Below, piece by piece: positions 59,044-64,000 of a stretch of DNA of 64,000 bases; the stretch's first letter is position 1; every line of letters begins with the position of its first letter. The notes under the pieces were generated by a model, which was given only the letters and a program-made list of their open reading frames with translations, did not search any database and was not told where the DNA came from. Made by a program: the position numbers and the translations under genes. Location of the stretch: IMG/VR virus record IMGVR_UViG_3300023179_000009, positions 62,001 to 126,000 of that record; one strand, written 5' to 3'.

Positions 59044-59936
59044 TATCTGTTCATCATTCTTCGCATATATGATTTCATCAATGCTTTTTGCAAATTGTGA
59101 ACAGCGGGATGATCTTTAAACATTTCGGGATTCATTTCGGGCATTTGGTCATCTTTTTCCATTGAGGCTTCCATGTCCTCATCTTCCATGCCTTCCATGT
59201 CCTCATCTTCCATGCCTTCCATGTCCTCATCTCCCATGCCTTCCATGTCCTCATCTTCCATGCCTTCCATGTCCTCATCTTCCATGCCTTCCATGTCCTC
59301 ATCTTCCATGCCTTCCATGTCCTCATCTCCCATGCCTTCCATGTCCTCATCTTCCATGCCTTCCATGTCCTCATCTTCTTCATCGTGATCAACTTGGTCA
59401 TCATCATGATCTTCTTGGCTTAGTTGATTGTGAAAAGGAGCGGCAACTTCTTCGTTCATGGCTCTTGCCAACTTGTTACACATGTCTGGTCCGTATGATT
59501 CGTGGGCCATAACCTCAGAGATGTGTTTGTAGGTTTCACGGTGATTCAAACACTCTGCCACAAGACAGCCTAGTAAACCACTCTGTTTTAGGTTTCTTAC
59601 TAAAGTTTCAATAATAACAGGGTTTTTAGAAGAGGCTTTTGTTACTTTTGATAAAAGAGCAGACTCCTCAACAGTAGGCAATTTGACAGATTTTTTTTCA
59701 TTATTTGCTTCTTGAGTTTTTGGCTCATAAACCAACTCGTCATCGCCTTCGCCTGCTAATCCTTTTGATGAATTTTTTTTACCCTTGGTTGTTTTAGCAA
59801 CATAAGGAGATTTGCCACCTTCTGGGCGATCAGGTGAGGTTGATGGGTCCACATTATCTCCATCGTTGCATACCTTGGGCTTGTCTTGTAATTTTCCTTT
59901 AGAATCCAAGTATTCATCAAATTTCATAAAAGCCAT
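59040..59936 (-). CDS. Acidic repeat protein, capsid-targeting-like N-terminus
   Basis: MAFMKFDEYLD; EDEDMEGM repeats; SD GAGG. Confidence 0.75.
   Translation of the reverse strand: MAFMKFDEYLDSKGKLQDKPKVCNDGDNVDPSTSPDRPEGGKSPYVAKTTKGKKNSSKGLAGEGDDELVYEPKTQEANNEKKSVKLPTVEESALLSKVTKASSKNPVIIETLVRNLKQSGLLGCLVAECLNHRETYKHISEVMAHESYGPDMCNKLARAMNEEVAAPFHNQLSQEDHDDDQVDHDEEDEDMEGMEDEDMEGMGDEDMEGMEDEDMEGMEDEDMEGMEDEDMEGMGDEDMEGMEDEDMEGMEDEDMEASMEKDDQMPEMNPEMFKDHPAVHNLQKALMKSYMRRMMNRY
59169..59378 (-). repeat. 24-bp coding tandem repeat, 8.75 units
   Basis: EDEDMEGM units; GDEDMEGM variant at units 3 and 7. Confidence 0.95.
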
Positions 59937-59943
59937 TTTTTCC

Positions 59944-60117
59944 TCACTCTACTGGCATGATAATTGCCAAAACTAAATAAATTATTATTGGTAATCCGAA
60001 ACCCAAAAGTGTACTTGCTGCAAAAATTAATCTTACTATAGAGGCGTCTAAACCAAGATAATTACCCAGCCCAGAACAAACTCCAAAAATTAGTTTATTT
60101 TTAAGATCTCTTTTCAT
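59944..60117 (-). CDS. pspC: PspC-domain membrane protein, 57 aa (not in ORF track)
   Basis: MKRDLKNKLIFGVCSGLGNYLGLDASIVRLIF...GLPIIIYLVLAIIMPVE; SD AGGTG. Confidence 0.85.
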   Translation of the reverse strand: MKRDLKNKLIFGVCSGLGNYLGLDASIVRLIFAASTLLGFGLPIIIYLVLAIIMPVE

Positions 60118-60174
60118 AAAACACCTTTTGTGTTATTATTTAGTAGTTTAATTGTTTTTTTGAGGAGAATATTT

Positions 60175-60786
60175 TTGGATCAAAAAAAAGATTTAAATTG
60201 GGAAACTGCTTCTTTGGATATGGAGCAAAAAAATTACCGAGGAGAAACTGGCAAATCTCGTAATAGAAGATTAAAAGAAAACTGGTTTGAAAAGTTTGCT
60301 CCTGAAAACCAAACAGGTATTGATATTGGTTGTAACGATGATCCTTTAAATGAAACTTTTCGACGTTATGATGTGATTTTCGGAGATGGAGATGCCACTA
60401 ATATGGTGGGTGTTCCAGACAACGTCTTTCATACCGTGTATGCAAGTCATGTTTTGGAACATCTTCAATTTCCCCAAAAAGCAATACGCAGGTGGTATCA
60501 AATTTTAAAACCTGGAGGCCACTTGATAATCGTTGTTCCCCACCGTGATTTGTATGAAAAAAAACGATTTCCTCCAAGCAATTGGAATCCAGAACACAAA
60601 TATTTTTGGCTACCAGAAGACGAAGACCCGCCAGCAACAAAAAATTTGAAAAAAGAAGTTCTTTTGGCAATACCAAATGCTAACATAGTCCAGTTTAGGG
60701 TTTTAGATGACGGTTATGATTATTCTCTTGAAAACAACGAACACGCTATAGGAGAATTTTCGATAGAGTGTATTGTAAAAAAATAA
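60175..60786 (+). CDS. Class I SAM-dependent methyltransferase
   Basis: GIDIGC, GDAT, YASHVLEH, LKPGGHL; TTG start after GAGGAG. Confidence 0.85.
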   Translation: MDQKKDLNWETASLDMEQKNYRGETGKSRNRRLKENWFEKFAPENQTGIDIGCNDDPLNETFRRYDVIFGDGDATNMVGVPDNVFHTVYASHVLEHLQFPQKAIRRWYQILKPGGHLIIVVPHRDLYEKKRFPPSNWNPEHKYFWLPEDEDPPATKNLKKEVLLAIPNANIVQFRVLDDGYDYSLENNEHAIGEFSIECIVKK

Positions 60787-60788
60787 TT

Positions 60789-60816
60789 TTTACTTTCTGC
60801 CTTTTAGGTGTATAAT
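60789..60816 (+). promoter_or_regulatory. tmRNA promoter TTTACT-N16-TATAAT
   Basis: -10 box ends 9 nt before tmRNA G1. Confidence 0.65.
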
Positions 60817-60825
60817 TACTGAGTT

Positions 60826-61417
60826 GGGGTCGTAAAGGTATCGATTGGATAACGAGAGACTCAATGGCAAGTCGAGGTTGGTCAATGGCCTCGTTAAAAA
60901 TTGACCAAAGCCTTAACTGGCAAAAATAGTTACGCAATGGCTGCTTGATAAAAAGAGCAACCACGGACTGCGAATGCGAGCGGGTAGCATTCAAAAGTTC
61001 GTTGTCAAATCCCGCTGGACTAGTGCGGTCAACTTGCGTCTAGTCGAGAAAATAGGTTGAAAAGTCCGTCAGGAATCCTGTTCGTTGGAGTCTCGGCGGT
61101 CTGATAAAAAACGAAACAAACTTGTAGAGGTTGTTTTTCAAATTATCGCAAGACAGGGGTTCAGGTCGAGCCGTCAATAAATGAAAGTTTATTGATTATG
61201 ATTGGATGAATTCGGTGAAACCTTAACGAGTAAAGTCGAAGGCAATACCGAGCCAAGCCCAAGATACATCTTGGGAAGGTGTAGAGACTACTAGAGGAAT
61301 AAAGTTTCCTTAATAACTAGCATGAGCGTCCAACGCCTAAAACCGCAAGGTTATGGTGAACATATAGTCCATTAACTAAGAAATTAGTTGGGGAAATATC
61401 GACTCCCCTCGACTCCA
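60826..61417 (+). ncRNA. ssrA: tmRNA, intron-containing; tag (A)GKNSYAMAA
   Basis: Acceptor stem GGGGUCG/CGACUCC-A with G3.U70; TTAACT then ORF 60919-60948 and tandem stops; spliced T-arm AGGGG-UUCGACU-CCCCU. Confidence 0.93.
61161..61398 (+). ncRNA. Group I intron (238 nt, no ORF) in tmRNA T-loop
   Basis: P GAATTCGGTGAA, Q AATACCGAGC, R GTAGAGACTA (61281), S CATATAGTCC (61361); guide GGUCGA-GCC pairs both exons. Confidence 0.9.
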
Positions 61418-61420
61418 CTA

Positions 61421-61452
61421 AAAAGAGAGGAAGAAATTCCTCTCTTTTTTTT
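61421..61452. terminator. Bidirectional terminator after tmRNA
   Basis: AAAAGAGAGGAA-GAAA-TTCCTCTCTTTT. Confidence 0.85.
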
Positions 61453-61454
61453 GT

Positions 61455-61907
61455 CTAAAGTTTTCTTCTTTGTAGAGGAGAAGGAAGCACAAATCCTTTT
61501 CCATCAAGATCTGCCGAACCCGGCAATGCTACAATTGAATCTTGTTGGAACCAATTGGCCAAATACAACAAAACTGGAGTTAGTACTTCTTGCCATGTGA
61601 ATATTGGCGATTTCACCAACCAAATCCTATAAGCCTTCACAGATAATTCACAGACACCTGATATGTTAAATATGCCCGTAATGAATGGGTGTTTTGTTAA
61701 ACTTGTTTCGTAGTCTTCTTTATCTATTGCTGTTTGGTAAATTGGGGGTATTTGTCGTATGTGAATGTAAGCCGCACTATCCGATCTTGTGTTTTCATCT
61801 TGGTTAAATTCGATTCGATAACGCAAAGGGTATTGGTTGTAAGACGGCGACTCGCCACCAATTTGAACACCAAATCCAACTAAAATTTCTTCGTTAAATG
61901 TTGCCAT
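61455..61907 (-). CDS. Hypothetical, Nfu/NifU N-terminal-like segment
   Basis: IFNISGVCELSV...LVK...WQEV pattern. Confidence 0.45.
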   Translation of the reverse strand: MATFNEEILVGFGVQIGGESPSYNQYPLRYRIEFNQDENTRSDSAAYIHIRQIPPIYQTAIDKEDYETSLTKHPFITGIFNISGVCELSVKAYRIWLVKSPIFTWQEVLTPVLLYLANWFQQDSIVALPGSADLDGKGFVLPSPLQRRKL

Positions 61908-61974
61908 TGTGCTTTCTTAAGATTTTGATTATAAACTATTTAGAATCTAAAAAATAAAATCTCAAGGAATTCTC

Positions 61975-64000
61975 ATGTCGAAGCCAGCGAAAACATTGCT
62001 GAACAATTATTTTAAAATAAAAACAGAATACAATAAAATGCCAAAAACTTTACAGGGAATTGATGATTTAGGAGATTATGATAATACTTCTATTTCAACA
62101 TATGTACATTGGACAACAGATGATTATAGGGTTTTTGTTCCTGCTGCGCCCACTATTAAAAGTTTAATACCGGGCGTTTATGAAATGCACAAGAGCGATA
62201 ACATTGGTTTATATTTTGAAAAAATACCAGTACGTTCAGAAGGTCTCCTAAGATTCCCTGACACCAATTCAGAGCGTGTTGTAAAAGAGATTCAAAAATT
62301 TTGGGAAAGAGAAGATGTTTTTGAATCGTATAGTTTAACGTATAAGCGGGGAATCCTGCTATACGGCCCCCCAGGTTGCCATGCCAAGGGAACGAAAATT
62401 TTGATGTACAACGGCGATCTTAAAAAAGTTGAAGACATAGTTGTCGGTGACGAGGTTATGGGACCAGACAGTCGGCCTAGGCGTGTTTTGGAACTTATAA
62501 GAGGCCAAGATCAAATGTATAAAATTACTCCAAATCGTGGCGAACCTTTTGTTGTGAACGGTCATCACATTTTGAGTTTACAAAGAAGCAGCAAAAGAGA
62601 CTGCGCAACGCCAGAAATATTAAATATTTCTTTAAATAATTACAAAAAATTATCTAAGCCATCTCAAGTCAAATATAAATTACGTCGTTGTGCTGTAGAT
62701 TTTTCGAATCTATCAAATGAAGTAATCGTAGATCCTTATTTTTTAGGTGTTTGGTTAGGAGACGGCTCAGAGAATAAAACCGAAATCAACACCGCTGATA
62801 AAGAGATAAAAGATTATTTATATCAAATAGCAAGTAGTTATAATCTACACGTAACAGAGAGAAGGAAAACGGATTCTATTTGTTGCAGTTATACACTCTC
62901 TAGTAATGGAGGCATTGGCGAAAATGGCTTGCGTAATGATTTGAAAAAAATCGGGGTATTTAATTCAAAACACATTCCAAATGAATATTTTGTGGCTTCA
63001 AGAGAAGTCCGCTTGCAACTTCTAGCAGGGATAATTGACACAGACGGTGGTTATTCAACGGCTTCTTGGAGGAAGAATCAAAAATTTAAAAATAAAGGCT
63101 ATAAAGGTTATTTTGAAATAATTCAAAAGAGGGTCGATCTATCCAATCAAATTGTAAAATTGGCAAGAAGTCTTGGATTTGGAGTTACTATTCGTAGTTG
63201 TAAAAAAACAATTAAAAAAACCGGGTTTGTAGGAGAATATCAAAGAATTAGTATTTTTGGAGACATTTCCATTATTCCTACAAAAATTCTTAGAAAGAAT
63301 GCTCTTAAAGGTCGTGCAAATAAAGACCCACTTCGCACGGGAATATCTTTAATAGAATCTTTGGGCTTTGGTGATTTTTATGGCTTCACGCTGTCGGGAG
63401 ATCATCTATACCTCACAGATGATTTTATTGTTCACCACAACTCTGGTAAATCGTGTACAATTCAATTAATTATGGAAGATGTGGTGAACAGAGAAGGAAT
63501 TGTCATAAAGTTCACAGATCCTTTTTTGTTTACCCAAGGCATGCGAGTTCTTAGACAGATACAAGAAGATACACCTGTGGTTGTCATAATTGAAGATATA
63601 GATTCTTTTTTAGAAATTTATAACGAATCTGAGATACTAAATGTTTTAGACGGAGTAAACGAAGTCAATAAAGTTGTTTTTTTGGCTACCACTAATTACC
63701 CAGAAAAACTCGGAGCAAGAATAGTAAACAGACCCAGTCGTTTCGATAAAAGGTTTAGAATAGGTTACCCTTCAAAGACTTCAAGAAGAATGTATTTCGA
63801 ACACTTGATTGGCGAAGGAGATGAAAATAAACTTAAACAAAAAATATCAGATTTAAATTTGGATTTGGATCGCTGGGTCGAAGACACAGACGAGATGTCG
63901 GTTGCCCATCTCAAGGAGTTGTTTATACAAGTTGTTATTATAGGTGACACTTATGAAGAATCAATAGAAACTTTAAAAAGTATGAAAGAAAACCTTGAAG
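61975..64000 (+). CDS. AAA+ ATPase with intein (3'-truncated; not in ORF track)
   Basis: GILLYGPPG|SGKS, IIEDID, LNVLDG, ATTNYPE, NRPSRFD; frame open to window end. Confidence 0.9.
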   Translation, partial: MSKPAKTLLNNYFKIKTEYNKMPKTLQGIDDLGDYDNTSISTYVHWTTDDYRVFVPAAPTIKSLIPGVYEMHKSDNIGLYFEKIPVRSEGLLRFPDTNSERVVKEIQKFWEREDVFESYSLTYKRGILLYGPPGCHAKGTKILMYNGDLKKVEDIVVGDEVMGPDSRPRRVLELIRGQDQMYKITPNRGEPFVVNGHHILSLQRSSKRDCATPEILNISLNNYKKLSKPSQVKYKLRRCAVDFSNLSNEVIVDPYFLGVWLGDGSENKTEINTADKEIKDYLYQIASSYNLHVTERRKTDSICCSYTLSSNGGIGENGLRNDLKKIGVFNSKHIPNEYFVASREVRLQLLAGIIDTDGGYSTASWRKNQKFKNKGYKGYFEIIQKRVDLSNQIVKLARSLGFGVTIRSCKKTIKKTGFVGEYQRISIFGDISIIPTKILRKNALKGRANKDPLRTGISLIESLGFGDFYGFTLSGDHLYLTDDFIVHHNSGKSCTIQLIMEDVVNREGIVIKFTDPFLFTQGMRVLRQIQEDTPVVVIIEDIDSFLEIYNESEILNVLDGVNEVNKVVFLATTNYPEKLGARIVNRPSRFDKRFRIGYPSKTSRRMYFEHLIGEGDENKLKQKISDLNLDLDRWVEDTDEMSVAHLKELFIQVVIIGDTYEESIETLKSMKENLE
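62377..63441 (+). mobile_element. Intein with LAGLIDADG endonuclease (355 aa) in Walker A
   Basis: CHAKGTKILM, VVNGHH, YFLGVWLGDG, LLAGIIDTDG, ...IVHHN|S. Confidence 0.95.

Noticed and set aside
59169-59378. Possible CRISPR array
   Set aside because: Units are contiguous with no unique spacers and lie in frame inside a gene; no cas genes
59132-59512. ORFs 59132-59407(-), 59162-59512(+), 59173-59388(+) with repetitive translations
   Set aside because: Alternative frames of the 24-bp repeat, which has no stops; only the EDEDMEGM frame has an RBS and non-repeat flanks
60746-60994. ORF antisense to the tmRNA 5' half, and ORF 61388-61600(+)
   Set aside because: Overlap the tmRNA or terminator; no coding signal
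61161-61401. Alternative tmRNA intron ends giving a terminal G (3' site after G61401)
   Set aside because: Needs a 5' exon ending in A without the U.G pair, or breaks the 7-nt T-loop; also loses P10 and P9.0

Overview
AT-rich, gene-dense, standard-code DNA that reads as part of a very large T4-like (huge/jumbo) bacteriophage genome. It carries T4-style replication/recombination genes (UvsW-like, gp41/DnaB-like and Hel308/Ski2-like helicases, gp32-like SSB, UvsX/RecA, UvsY-like, a compact PolA and an N-terminal-only DnaE), nucleotide metabolism (thyA, folA, guaC, dNMP kinase, NUDIX), proteostasis/stress genes (map, hsp20, clpP-like, AAA ATPase, pspC, tmRNA, prkA-yeaH-spoVR) and glycan/surface-modifying enzymes (DegT, HldE, GT9-like, sulfotransferase, LpxH-like, methyltransferases). 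The ORF track misses the most notable features: (1) two sibling, endonuclease-free group I introns, one splitting dnaE near its start and one in the T-loop of the tmRNA, the latter apparently ending in A instead of the near-invariant terminal G; (2) two LAGLIDADG inteins (DnaE PHP domain; AAA Walker A); (3) a ~150-bp IS200/IS605-like mini-element resembling an omega-RNA end; (4) about nine proteins sharing a T4 capsid-targeting-like N-terminus, including a 2H phosphoesterase; (5) small ORFs (Cys-rich lipoprotein, PspC). All product calls come from motifs read by eye; no database search was possible. A Planctomycetota host is only a weak inference.
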